A stretch of DNA of 63,384 nucleotides, the filler included, from Rhabdomonas costata (taxonomy: Eukaryota): assembly GCA_019059605.1 (NCBI GenBank). It is 55 parts of 55 records of this genome, joined end to end, with 100 filler letters (N's around TTAATTAATTAA, not from the genome) between each part and the next. Parts side by side here need not be neighbours in the genome. Positions count along the whole stretch, not along the records: positions 49,638 to 50,691 come from JAHMHO010031172.1; positions 50,792 to 51,845 come from JAHMHO010031173.1; positions 51,946 to 52,999 come from JAHMHO010031174.1; positions 53,100 to 54,153 come from JAHMHO010031175.1; positions 54,254 to 55,307 come from JAHMHO010031176.1; positions 55,408 to 56,461 come from JAHMHO010031177.1; positions 56,562 to 57,615 come from JAHMHO010031178.1; positions 57,716 to 58,769 come from JAHMHO010031179.1; 47 more parts are not named here. The stretch is one strand, 5' to 3'. A program made the translations under genes and the position numbers. Of this stretch, positions 50,426-63,133 are shown one piece after another. The notes under the pieces are model-generated. The model worked only from the letters and a program-made list of their open reading frames with translations. It was not told the DNA's origin and did no database searches. Each line of letters starts with the position of its first letter. Position 1 is the first letter of the stretch.

Positions 50426-53400
50426 CTGTGCAAAGGTCAGAAAAAATTACAGCTTGATTTGAATTTGCGAAGCATTCTTGGGGTGCTCTTCCGTCTGCTT
50501 CCTGCAACAGTTGGAAACCACTGGAATTCTGACCAATGCAGAATGCAGAATGCAGATGCAAAATCGGGGCTACATCGCGGGTTGGCGTATGATTGAAAAT
50601 AGGGTGCCCTTCTTCTTGGCTGAGACAGATCGGGTTTTCCTACAGAAATTCCATCAAACTGCACTCACCGATCAGAACAAACAAAACCACCNNNNNNNNN
50701 NNNNNNNNNNNNNNNNNNNNNNNNNNNNNNNNNNNTTAATTAATTAANNNNNNNNNNNNNNNNNNNNNNNNNNNNNNNNNNNNNNNNNNNNAGTCGACAT
50801 CCACAAGTTCTTGCAGAAACTGTTTTTGAAGTTTGTGCGGAACGGCTTTGGGTTCGACGAAGAGGTTCTGCCTTTGCTTTAACTCCATCTGATAGGAAGA
50901 ACAAAAACAAGAACAATGTCACTACCTCTGCTGTCTGGCCTGCTGCTACGCCTCGTGCTCCTGCGCCCATGCCTGAGGCCGCCTACGCCCAAACCAGCAC
51001 CGATAAAACTTAGTCTTTATCGCGTCGCCACGAATGGATTATTTAAAATCAAGAACATCGCGGAAGATGTCATAACGTATTTTGATACTAATTCGGAATT
51101 ATAGTTATAAATCGCTATCGGCAACCAACCCGCAGGTGTGGGTGATCTTAGCTTGAGTCTTGTTGCTGCTATCAAGGCAGGAAAACGACGTCAAACCATC
51201 CAATTGAAAACGAGAAGAGCTTGCTCAAATTGCTCTCGACGCCACGTCTTCCCGCAATCAACAGTACCGATTGCTGCTGGGATGACCAAGCAAGACGACA
51301 ATCTCCCCTTTCAGCTGATGAAGCAAACACAAGAAATTCTCTGCAGGATGAGTTTCCATTGGCATCCTGACAACCACGTCACGGGTGGTATGACTGCCTC
51401 GGCATCGAGCAAAAAGACGAATACTGCTGGACGAGCAGAATTTCTTGGAGGATAAGAAGGCAGGTGACGAAGCATGCAGTGCTTTTCACGTTTGCTTATC
51501 ATCGCTTGACGACTTTGTTTTTGGACGATTTTTAGCAGCACGAGCTTGATGGAATTTTTGGAGGCAGACGTCCCCCCCCCCAAATCCCCCCAAACGTTTA
51601 CCTTTCCAAGGTTCCCAAAATCTAGGACGGGAAAGAAAAGAGAGCTCGTTCACGGAAGAGGAGATTGGAACGGTGCACAGGAAGCTGTGGAAGAGGACGA
51701 GAAAGTTTCGTATGGGTTGGGGAGTTGACTATCCAAATATGTTAAGAATGTGTGCTGGCAGATGAACTAATCCTCTGAACAGTGCTGCTACCGCGGCATC
51801 GAGGTGCATCACTGTTCAGAGGATTAGTTCATCTGCCAACCCACANNNNNNNNNNNNNNNNNNNNNNNNNNNNNNNNNNNNNNNNNNNNTTAATTAATTA
51901 ANNNNNNNNNNNNNNNNNNNNNNNNNNNNNNNNNNNNNNNNNNNNTTGTTGTGGGATTCTGGTGATGTTTACCCGCTTTACAGGCAAACATCATGGGGCT
52001 CCACCAGCTCCATGATGTTTGCCTGTAAAGCGGGTAAACATCACCAGAATCTCACAACGATTGAAAGAACATCTGACTAAAAGTGAGCTTTTTGGACACC
52101 GGAAGGAGCGAGAACAGCGAGGCATGGAGTCTTGACAGGACAGAGGGAAGAGGATGGGAAGAGAGGGAAAGGGAGGGGCTTTTCATATCTGCCTCTCACC
52201 CTAAAAGGCTGGATGAGATGTTCCCTCCAACCATCCCACTCCTATCATCGGCCACGGGCAGAGTTCGGACTTTCACTCGCGGGCACGACCGCGAGAGCGC
52301 ACTCCTCGCAAGGGACAACGCGAGGCTTAACCGAACCCCAGCGACACGCGGCAGAGTGTCTTCGAGGCTGCAAAACGCCGGCAACATCCAAACGTGCGCC
52401 TTGATCTCCGGGTGCGAGACCCTTTCGGCTGTGTCAGCGAGCGTGTTGGGTGCATAGCGCGCTGCATTGTTGCCTGACTGGATGATGGTGACCGCTGTCG
52501 TCTGGCGGGTGCTTACTGAAGGTACCTTAGAAGTGCATAAGCCCCCAGTTCCGGGCCTTTGTCGCGGAGATGCCTTTTTCTAACGGCCTGCTCGATTTCT
52601 GTTCAGGTCACTAGGGTCAGGAGATCGCTTTTTGTTTGAGGAGCTGGGCCCTGTTCTTGTTGAAACGCACTTTTGGCTTCTCCTTCGGAAGTATGAAAGT
52701 TATCTTCAGGCGTTTTTGCCGTTTCACCACATCACTTTATACGGTTGCATTGCTGTCTCTTCTTGTTCTCTCCAGTTGAATTCCCCTCGACCTAGGGCTG
52801 CCTCACTGACTCTGACTTTGCGGGCACTGTCGATCCAGTGGATGGCAACATGACGGCTCTGATTTCTTGAGAAGATCGATGGCCCGCTTCTTCCTCTGCG
52901 CACCGAGTCCGTCTCAGCACGCGGTCGTTGGGGGTCCTAACTCGGGTGTAGAAATATACTCCTTTGGTACCTGCAGGCCGTCCCGTGACACCCCCACAAN
53001 NNNNNNNNNNNNNNNNNNNNNNNNNNNNNNNNNNNNNNNNNNNTTAATTAATTAANNNNNNNNNNNNNNNNNNNNNNNNNNNNNNNNNNNNNNNNNNNNC
53101 CTGCAGAGGAGTGGCTAGGTCTCAGCAGCGTCTGTCCTCTGCACGTTCAGCACGGCATAGGCAAAGCGCTGGTTTTTCAACAGACCACGTCACGGCCAGA
53201 CAAGATGAATGTTCAATCCAATCAAACGACGCAGCTGGCGGAGCTGACCAAAAGCCGCAACCGCCCTGGAATGCTCTCCGATCTGGAGAGCCCTCCTGGT
53301 TGGGATTGGGATTGTTCAAACAAAAACGATACCGACACCATACAGAGATGAAATACTGTGCGAGCATAACCCAACCCGATTTACAAAGAGATACCCCCTG

Positions 53401-53439
53401 CCCGCGAGTGTGCGCACCAGTACAGGACTTGAAAAGTCC

Positions 53440-53716
53440 GTGAAGGCAGCGGTGGCTCTGGGGTCTTCGGCTCCTCAGGGGGTGGATCGAAATTCACCAC
53501 GGCAACAATATCCCCGGGAGCGCCAGGGGAGGCAGCCGGGGAGTCGAAGCCAGAGGGAAGAGCCGAGGGCAGGGGGTCCACCCCCACTCCCAAAAGGCGG
53601 TCATCTGCAGCAGTGATGGGATCGGGGGAGCTCAGGCTGTTGTACGCAACCGTGGCCAGAAGCACCGTCAGCAGGGCAAGAGCAATCACGGGAAGACCCC
53701 TCTTGGTAACAGACAT
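53440..53716 (-). CDS. First exon of a type II membrane or secreted protein
   Basis: MSVTKRG, then a hydrophobic helix, then a Pro-rich stem; 3' boundary uncertain. Confidence 0.55.
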
Positions 53717-55407
53717 GCTGAGCAGTGTTAGCAGGACGCATTAGCAGATGTGATGGCACCCCAAAGAGAGGCGCTTTGCAACCTCATTCCAGGAAAAAGG
53801 GTAGAACAGCCACTACCTGCGCGTCCAGAATGCAGAGGGAGGCATGAGCATGTGCACGATGTGTAGTGATACGGATATTACGGGTTTTCTCACCACTGGG
53901 CTTCAGCACTTCACTTGACTTCACTTCGGTCGCTTCGCCGCAGGGCTAACTTATTGGGAGCCGAGAAGCACAGGGAATGAGATCTTTTATCACAAGCACA
54001 TACAAGACAGAGAAAAGCGGAAATAATGCACTGAAGAGCTCCATCGGCGAGCACAACGTCCTCTTCTGTCCTTCTCCTCAAACGCTGACTTGTGCCAAGA
54101 TGAAGCGAAGCAGGGCCGCAAAACGTGGGATGGCGCCCCTCCCCCACACCCCCNNNNNNNNNNNNNNNNNNNNNNNNNNNNNNNNNNNNNNNNNNNNTTA
54201 ATTAATTAANNNNNNNNNNNNNNNNNNNNNNNNNNNNNNNNNNNNNNNNNNNNTACACGACGATGCCCACAGGATTTTGTTTGTCTGTAGGTGTGATCAT
54301 TCGATGCATCGGAACAAGGCAGTAGTCGTCTCCAACGTGGTACGCACCGGGCGCAGGACACAGGAAAGCGCCAGCGCTGGTTCGCTTCACGCGGGCTTCG
54401 CACAAAAAATGATTTCTGTGATGTGCAGTACAAACACTACACTGCGCCTGGGTGCATACCCCACACGACAACGATGGGGGGCATCGCTTCCTGAGGTTTG
54501 GGAAGTAAACAGACCCATAGAAAAGCCATAATCCATTTGAACATTGACGACACAAAAGAAAGAAACTTGAATACATGGGCTGTGTGTGTGTCCAGGGGGT
54601 GGGTGAGTGGGCGACGAAGGGAGGCCACAGTGACCTCCACTACAGCCCATGAGCAATCTCACTGGCATCACGGAAGGAAAGACACGAAGAAAGGTGTGCG
54701 GAACACCAGCACCGCGCCGTAGAGCAGCACTCGAAAACACGAAAGACGCCTGAAAATAGAATGGAGGTGGACGGACGGCCGCGAGACGAAGGGATGCACA
54801 CACTGTACCCATTTCAGCTTTTCTGTTCACTTTCCCGTGTCCGAAATCCCGAAACAGTCTCCTCCGCAGTGCCCCTAAATACCGTCATCAATGAGGAGTC
54901 AAACCTTTCCGTTTTGTATGCAAACTTACTAGGAACCGCGAGCGATTGAGATCTCTATTCGCGCATTGACTACGGTTAACTCAAATCCTGCGGGGGGGGG
55001 GGGGAAGAATGGGTAAACAATGGTAAAGAATAACTGGTAAATCAAAGAAACCTTTAAACATACCCCCCCTACCCGCACACTCACCTCCAAGACAATTTTC
55101 CCTGCCCCAAAAGGACAAGGGTGGGCTGATGGCTGCACCCTGTTATACGCTTTTCCAAGGACCTTCATATAACAGAACCCTCTTCCAAGAACTCACTTTC
55201 ACATGGGGACATGGCATTCAGACACGGGCGTTCCCCACCGCTTCCCCTTCTGTCCGATATCACCCCTCGCACTCTCTCCTTTGGCCTAATTGCCGCTACA
55301 ACCCACANNNNNNNNNNNNNNNNNNNNNNNNNNNNNNNNNNNNNNNNNNNNTTAATTAATTAANNNNNNNNNNNNNNNNNNNNNNNNNNNNNNNNNNNNN
55401 NNNNNNN

Positions 55408-56005
55408 TGTGTTACGCTCTGTCTGTATCCTGTCTGTAGTGGTTCTGTCTCTCCTGTTGTGTGTTGGGTATTCGCGTCTCAGTCTCATGCTCTGTCTCAT
55501 GGCTTTACGTCTCTTGGTGTCACGGTGTCTCTCTGTAGTACTTGGTTAGTGTATGCTGTTACGGTGTCAGTGTCGTGCCTTGTGTGAGTGTAATGGATGT
55601 GTTGGTGTCTCTGTTGTCATGCCTTCTGTTAGTGTAATGGATGTGTCTTGATGTCTGTAGTGGTATACTGTCTCTTGGTGATGTGTGATAGTGATGGTGT
55701 AACGGTATCGATGTGTCCTGTTGTTTCATGCCTTCGGTACCTGTATCGTTGTTACGGTGTCTGTTTCATGCCCTGTGTGAGTGTATGTGTAGTGTAATGA
55801 TGCCATGCTGTGTTTCATGCCTTGTTTTAGTGGTACGATGTGTGTCATGTTGTTATGCCCTCTGTAAGTGTATCGTGTATCCTGGTGTTACGCGTATCTG
55901 TATCCTGTCTCTAGCGCTTTACGTCTCTGTCTCTTACGATCTGTGTGTGTAGTGATGGTGTAATGGATGTTGGTGTTGTTGATGCCTTGTGTTAGTGTAA
56001 CGGAT
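55408..56005 (+). repeat. Degenerate TG-rich mosaic repeat
   Basis: Recurrent GTGTAATGGATGT, GTTACGGTGTC and TCATGCC units with strong strand skew. Confidence 0.75.
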
Positions 56006-58083
56006 GTTGAGGGGTTCCTTGATGCGTATGAGTATTCCTATGTCCTACTCCGCTATCGCTCCGTGCCTTCTATCTGCGATGCCCTTTCTGTATACCTACT
56101 ACGCATGGCTCCCTCGCTGCGCTCAGACCCATGCTTCGTGTCTACTGTATGATAAAGGGTATGGATGATGATAGTGTAAGGGCCCCGCAGGGTACAAGGG
56201 CTGTTAAGGGGTGATGGTGATGCAGGAATACCCACCCCTACTACGGATGCACCTCGTACCTCGATGCATGCTACGTGACATGCAGTTCCTCCTCGTGCTT
56301 GGGCAGCATGAGGAGGAACGTACCGACGGCAGTCGGGGAGTGACGACGTGTGAGTTCATACCATGGGAGCATTGCATCGAGGTACGAGATGACCATGCGA
56401 CTCTAGAATGTATCCCTCCCGTCGCTCCCTCTCGGTCGCTCCTCACTCGTTCCCACCACCCNNNNNNNNNNNNNNNNNNNNNNNNNNNNNNNNNNNNNNN
56501 NNNNNTTAATTAATTAANNNNNNNNNNNNNNNNNNNNNNNNNNNNNNNNNNNNNNNNNNNNTGTGGTTTGGTCGTGGGTACGTTCGTGGGTACCTTTGTT
56601 GCCAAAGGGGACATGCCGCGAATTTTCCCTGTTATCCCCGTTCCCTTGTTATCATTTGATAGTGCGCAAAATTGCGCGTTCCCTTTCGCCATGCCCTTTG
56701 TCTAAGTTAATAGAAACTCTTGTGTTTCCCGCGTTAGCAGTTCACGCTGTCGGTCCTTTTGGCTTAACTGGCAGTTACTCGGATGCCCCCTGGTTTCCTG
56801 CAACAAAGGCATTGTCCACCAAAGTGCGAAAATTTCCCCCTTTTTTAGGCTTCTTTGTTGCCACTGAAAAGTAATGTGAAAAATTGCAATTAACCTCAAG
56901 TAGATGTACAACAAGTTTCTGTTTTTTTTGCAGTTTCTCTTCCTCCTGTTTGCTTCTTTTCATATGAACAAGCCTATTCATCACGGGAATCCCAGTGGAA
57001 ACCAGGACCTGATCCGGCGAGCCTTGGGTCCAGATTTACAACCACGCGAAACGACGCTGCGGTATTCATGCAATCATGGACTGGGACGACTGTCTTTCGC
57101 GACAGATGAAGACACACCGAGCAGAAAGCGAGCTCGAGCGAGACCTTTTTCTGCTCGAGAACTTCCCTGCCAGATCTGCGGCGATGTGGTTGTTGGGCAA
57201 TTCCCTGGAGACGCCTTTCACCTCTTCCGAGGAGCGGGACTGCTGGGCGGCACCTTCAATTGGATGGGAGACGAGACCCGCATTATCAGCAGAAGGAGAA
57301 GGAGAAGGAAACCCTTTTCCGCGAGTTTGAGCAGAGTGGTCTCAAGGCGACAGAGTTGTTCTTGCCGAGCAATGTGATCCATGGCTGTCAGAACTGTAGG
57401 ACCCTTCTGGAAAAGGGAGGAGTGTATTTTGAGCAGAGAGACTCGCTGTGGTACTGGTGTAGACTGATGAACCGCAGTCAGGATTTTCTCGGTGGCACAA
57501 CACTCTTGTCGGAGATCACCTTCAGTCCCAGTTCTCGAACGTCCCCAACATGCCCCAGCTTCTGGCGCTCCACGCAAGGTGTCAGAAGGTTTGCACCCAT
57601 ACCTTCTATTTAACTNNNNNNNNNNNNNNNNNNNNNNNNNNNNNNNNNNNNNNNNNNNNTTAATTAATTAANNNNNNNNNNNNNNNNNNNNNNNNNNNNN
57701 NNNNNNNNNNNNNNNGTGGGGTGGGTGGGTTTGCATATCCGGACGAAGGCAGGAAACTCGTCGCTCGATGTTGGTTTTTGTGGTGTCAATAATGGTGCCA
57801 TAAAACACGAAAATGAACACGAACCTTAGCTTTCATCAATGTTGAAGGGAGGGGGAATCGCCACGAATGGAGGAGATGGAATGAAGTGGAAGGAGAAGAA
57901 GGCTCACAACGGTGATGGGGTAAAGTATTAGAGAAATTATGAATCAAAGGGCAATGGCTGCCTGCAATTCCCGCAACCCCAAACCCACACCCAAACACAC
58001 CGCTTTGGGTGGTCTCGGCCGAATGATAAGGATTAATTGGTCGCCTTGGCGGTAGCAACAGCCACGGTGTGGTTGAGGCGTAC

Positions 58084-58338
58084 ATTGTTCCCCCACTACT
58101 CCTGCTCCCAATGCTGTCCTAGGGACGGCGATACACCCCGGCCAGGGAGGGACGCAAAGTAAGACAGGAGAACGAGAGAGGAGGAGGGGGCGTGCCTTGG
58201 AGGGTCGATGGAGCCGGGCTGCAGTACCGCCCGGCCCAGCAGCGTCACCGGGACGACCACAGTGCAGGCCACGCTGAAGAACAGTGGGCGGGTCCTCAGG
58301 GAGGGCGCAGACCAGCTGAGCAGCAGCAACCCTGTGGC
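58084..58338 (-). CDS. Two exons (58338-58196, 58118-58084) of a membrane protein, possibly a DHHC palmitoyltransferase
   Basis: TM segments then AVLQPGSIDP; a 77-nt GC-AG intron keeps the frame; the DHHC motif itself is not seen. Confidence 0.4.
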
Positions 58339-58983
58339 CTGCGAGCAGTCGGATCAGTGCTTGGGAGAGAGGAAGGGAATTTGACAAGGTCACCACGTGT
58401 GCATTGGCGGCAAAAGAAAGGTCTCCCAAAATGTCCCAAAAAGGTAAATATAGCAGTCACCCAGTGTCCCTTTCTTGTCCCTTGACACGTACCATCCTTT
58501 ACCCACTTGTCTGTGTGGGGCACACCACTCTCAGCATCACCAGAATAACCGCCCAACATGCCACAAGGACCAGGGTAACCTCCACCCCATTAATTCGTTG
58601 TCTGCACTTGTCCCTGATTCGTCGGAGGCGCTCTCCAAGCCGCCCTGCCGAACTAGGTTTTCCGTTGACTATTACCCTCACCAGCCCATCTCTCGCACCT
58701 CTATCACAATAAACTCAAAAAAGGATGTCGATTTTCTCAGATTTCCCAGAAAGTTAGCAACAGAGCTGCNNNNNNNNNNNNNNNNNNNNNNNNNNNNNNN
58801 NNNNNNNNNNNNNTTAATTAATTAANNNNNNNNNNNNNNNNNNNNNNNNNNNNNNNNNNNNNNNNNNNNTGGGGTGGGGGACAGGGACAGGGACAGGGAA
58901 AGCAAGCGCCGGCGCACTGACTGAGACCAAGCGGACGGGTGGTGGTGGCACTGTTCAGGCCTATTGTTGGTTTAGAGCTATTT

Positions 58984-59050
58984 TGGAATGGAATGGAATG
59001 GAATGGAATGGAATGGAATGGAATGGAATAGAATGGAATCGAATCGAATC
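58984..59050 (+). repeat. (GGAAT)n pentamer microsatellite
   Basis: Tandem GGAAT decaying to CGAAT. Confidence 0.95.
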
Positions 59051-61329
59051 GGGAGAACGTAGAGAAAACTATGGTCTGTATGCGCTGAAATTCCAAACTC
59101 CTGGGTTACAAGCACGGACAGCCATGCGACCCCCCCTTAGGAGAAGATGCACGCATGCACTGGGTCACATCCTTTGCACATTCTATGCTGAACAACAATT
59201 GTCTCTTCCGGCTTCGGTTCATGGGGGGCGTGATTCTCTGGGATTAATCTTTGTGTTAGTTTTTTGGGGGGGGGTTGTCTCCTGTTCGCCATCTTACTAC
59301 CTGCGGACTCATCCTGCCTCTCGCCTGAAGTAAGTGAAGCAGTGAAAGTGTGTGACGAACACTGTGTTTGGCTGTCCGAGTTTTTGGAACATGTTGCCCT
59401 GCGGGTGAACCATAAATTTTTGACGGTTCTGTGCAGGCCGCCAGGACAATAACAGCTGATTGTCCGAAAAATTCATGGCTACCGGGCGGAAAGTCGTAAG
59501 AAAGACCCCAGAAAAGCATAATCGCGTCTTCATCGGGTGAAAACATTCCTTTATTTCTTTATATGTTCATGAAAGCCGGTTGTTGCAGATGTGATTTTGG
59601 GGATGGTCTGTTTTTGACCCGGTTATTCGTTTTCACCCCCTGGGTCAGCTAGCCATAAAATGCAAGGCTGGTAACACTTTCGAATAGAAGTCTTTTAGCC
59701 TGTATTCATGCTGGTGGTCCTTCCCAGCATTCTGTGTTGTTCCGTAAAGGTATCAGTTTACGGCGTAGCCTGCTATTATTCATGTACCTTTTTCCCATTC
59801 CTTTTTCAAATTTCAGGGCCAAGTAGCAGGGTACGGCAGCCGAGAGACATATGAAGTAGTGTGTGTATGTTGACATCTTGGAAAACTATGCCGATTGTCA
59901 GCTGCATATTTTTCCAAAACACANNNNNNNNNNNNNNNNNNNNNNNNNNNNNNNNNNNNNNNNNNNNTTAATTAATTAANNNNNNNNNNNNNNNNNNNNN
60001 NNNNNNNNNNNNNNNNNNNNNNNGCGTCCGGAAGTGTGTTTGTATGCGAACACACCGTGTAGCCACTGGTGTTGGAAAAGATTCGTATGGAAGGGTCTAG
60101 GGTGCTACTGGTGACTCCCAACTGGGTGTCAGCACCGTGGTGCGAGTTGTTCAAGGCAACTACTGTGCGAAGTGTGAATGGAAAGTGAGTGAAAAGTGAG
60201 GTTATACCTCACAGACGATGGTCGCCTGAGTCCGCGGCGTCAGGTGGACTAGGTTGTTTTTGTATGCGGTGGTTTGTGAGGAAGAAACTTTGAAAAGCTT
60301 AGCATTAGATAGCTGATATTTCGTAGTGTTTGACGAAGGGCTGAGTTGTCTTTGTTGCTGTGTATTGTTACTTTTCAATTGGAGCAGCAACGGGACTTTG
60401 AGCGGTGGACTATGTGGGTTAGGTCCGTGCTGCTTCGCATGGTGTGGGCTTTTCGTAAAGAGAAGGGGAAGTTCGGATCGTATAAAAATAAGCTTTCTTG
60501 TTGTAAGAATCATTCAGCTAGAAGAGCTGATCCGTTGAAGTGATCGGACGTCGGAGGCAGAAGTGCATCATCCGTCATAGCAGGGAGGGTGTAACGGCTT
60601 CTTAAACGTTTCTTAGTAGAAGAAAATGGTGGCATCTGGTAATCCAAACAAGATTTTCTTTGTAGCTTTGAAGCTTGGTTAGTCGCAGAAGTTGGTAGGG
60701 AGCTCAAAGGAGATTGTTTTAAGAGCAGAGATCAGTTGAGGCTTTGAAGGTGTTGAATAAATTCGTAAATCTATGCGAGAGCAAGAGAAAAGCGAGTTTT
60801 AAGCAGGCAGTTCGTAGTACAGTTTTTTGGGGAAGGACGTTGTGCAGAGGAGAGGTTTCAGGAAGTGAGTTTTAGTAGAAGAGGCGGTCAAGCTGAAGCT
60901 TTGAGCAGAGTACTGGCATAGAAGGCCGCGGAAATTAAGAGGGAGAAGGTGCAGGACGAAGGTGCTGAGAAAAGTCGTTCCGGAGGACGCCGTTGAGGAT
61001 GACAATGCCGCAGACCTGAGCACACAACGAGTTGGCCGCGCAGGTTTGGAGAAGTTGAGCAAGAAGGCCGTGGAAAGNNNNNNNNNNNNNNNNNNNNNNN
61101 NNNNNNNNNNNNNNNNNNNNNTTAATTAATTAANNNNNNNNNNNNNNNNNNNNNNNNNNNNNNNNNNNNNNNNNNNNGTGTTTGGGTAGAACAGATTAGA
61201 GTTAAGGCAGCCGTAACTTCACGTTCGTACTTTCGCCTCACGTCTTGATTATCGATGCTTGTAACTCTCATTTGTGTAAAGTACGGGGTGGACTGGGATT
61301 TAGTTCGTTTGCCACTCCTGCTCTCCGCT

Positions 61330-62140
61330 GGGCTGGCTCGGAAGATGGATGCTATGTGCCGTTCTCCGCTCTCGTTTTGCAGCTGCCGAGTATTCCTCCC
61401 CTTCCCCGTAGTTTCGATGCTCCGACTCTGTTGCGGGAAGCGGAGCAGGGCAGTCCCACCGCCATAGTCGCTGTGGCCATCCTTCGTGCCGGGGGCCGGC
61501 TTCCAGGAGCTGGCCAATCGCCGGATCGCCCTGGTGCGCTGGCGTTGCTGCGATCTCCAGCCGCAGCTGCGTACCCAGTCGCCACCGCGCTGCGAGACCT
61601 TTTCAGTGGTGGTCCCAGGTCGTCAGCGGAATGCCTTAGTGTACTGCGGGAGCACGCGGGGAGGGGCGACCCCACGGCATTGTGGGCCCTGGGAGTGTGC
61701 CGAAAATTGGGGCCGAGTTTCGCACCAGGGCTGCCCCCGCAGAATCGCGAGGAAGCATTTGCATTGTTGCGGAGGGCGGCGGAGCAGGGCCACGCCGTCG
61801 CACAGAGTAACCTCGGAGTTGCCTACACTAACGGCGAAGGGACGGATCGAGATTTTGCGGCGGCCGCGGTGTGGTTCCGGAGGGCCGCAGAGCAGGGTCT
61901 CGCCCAGGCACAATTCAACTTGGGGACCATCTACGAGAACGGCCACGGTGTGGAAAGGAACCTGGCGAACGCCGCGGAGTGGTACCGCAGGGCGGCGGAG
62001 CAGGGTGACGCGAACGGGCAGTTCTTTTTGGGGCAGTGCTATCAGATGGGCTTCGGGGTGGAAAGGAACCTGCCGATGGCCGCGGAGTGGTTCCACAGGG
62101 CGGCAGACCAGGGGCATGCGCAAGCCAGAGATGCGCTCAG
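61330..62140 (+). CDS. Sel1-like repeat protein (large exon; ends uncertain)
   Basis: Repeated AAEQG.A.AQ.NLG..Y..G.GVE.N...A..W units. Confidence 0.93.
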
Positions 62141-62331
62141 GTTTCTGCAGTTACGTGTTGGCTTTCCTCTCGACTCATCTGTTCTCTATTTGCTAGCCAC
62201 TGCTGCACTTAGGTCCGTGCTAATAATGCGGNNNNNNNNNNNNNNNNNNNNNNNNNNNNNNNNNNNNNNNNNNNNTTAATTAATTAANNNNNNNNNNNNN
62301 NNNNNNNNNNNNNNNNNNNNNNNNNNNNNNN

Positions 62332-62506
62332 GTGGTGGGACGGGAGCTCTGGGCTGTTGGGCAGCCTGCACGAGGAGCGACACCGGGCCAGCCTGCTCGG
62401 CGAGGCCGAGCTCGGGCGCCATAACAGGCACCAGCTGGCGGCCGCGGCGCAGCAGCAGCTCTTCCATGGCCCCGGAGCTGAAGAACCGCAGCAACAGCAA
62501 CAGCAT
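62332..62506 (-). CDS. Putative first exon of an unknown protein
   Basis: ACAG..CCACC ATG context and a GC-rich open frame to the contig end. Confidence 0.4.
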
Positions 62507-62991
62507 GGTGGGCGCTGTTTTTCTGTGCCGTATCCTTTTGCACCCTCTTTTATCAAGTGACGCAAATTCGCGGTTCAATCAGTAATGGGAGTGTTACTAT
62601 ACCCACCTGTATGATGTCAATTGTTGCCCACCGAACAATGAAGCCCGTCACTGTTTTTATCAGTCGAAGTAGTAGCTGCTCGGAGAAGCTGCTCTGGGTG
62701 GGCATTGCAGAATGTTGCCCTCGGGCCTTTTCACATCCGCATGCTGACGACTCAGCCATGAAGGAATGGAAACTCTTGTGAACTTTTGGTGGGCCACCCA
62801 TCTTCCCCTCTGCACGCTTGGGGGTGGTGCATTGCGCCCAACCGGCTCCCACTCCTGGCTGGGAACCCGGCTCTGCAGAATGCAAACCTGCGCTTAATCG
62901 AAAGTTTCAACCTAGCTACTAGATCATTCGCAGTATGAATTGAGTCAGGGCGAAGTTCCATGCGCCGGTTCTTTTCGCCCCCGGCGTGCAG

Positions 62992-63133
62992 GGTTACTGG
63001 TGGCGCTGTTGCGGGAGATGCTGATCAAGCACCGTGCACAGCAGGAGCACGCCGCGAAGTGGGCGCAGATGGAGGAGTGGCACCGCCGCGAGCTCGTGGA
63101 GGAGCGGCAGAGGCTGGAGAACCTCGTGCGCAG
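62992..63133 (+). CDS. Coiled-coil exon, unknown protein
   Basis: LREMLIKHRAQQEHAAKWAQMEEWHRRELVEERQRLENLVR; CAG acceptor, GT donor. Confidence 0.55.

Noticed and set aside
58984-59050. (GGAAT)n as human satellite III contamination
   Set aside because: It is a short array within unique flanks resembling the rest of the data, so an ordinary microsatellite.
60024-61077. Strand-skewed contig as a decayed retroelement ORF
   Set aside because: All frames examined have many stops and I recognised no RT, endonuclease or gag motif.
1063-62331. Regularly spaced TTAATTAATTAA as a CRISPR-like or biological repeat
   Set aside because: It is embedded in N runs with a fixed 100-bp length and is an assembly concatenation linker.
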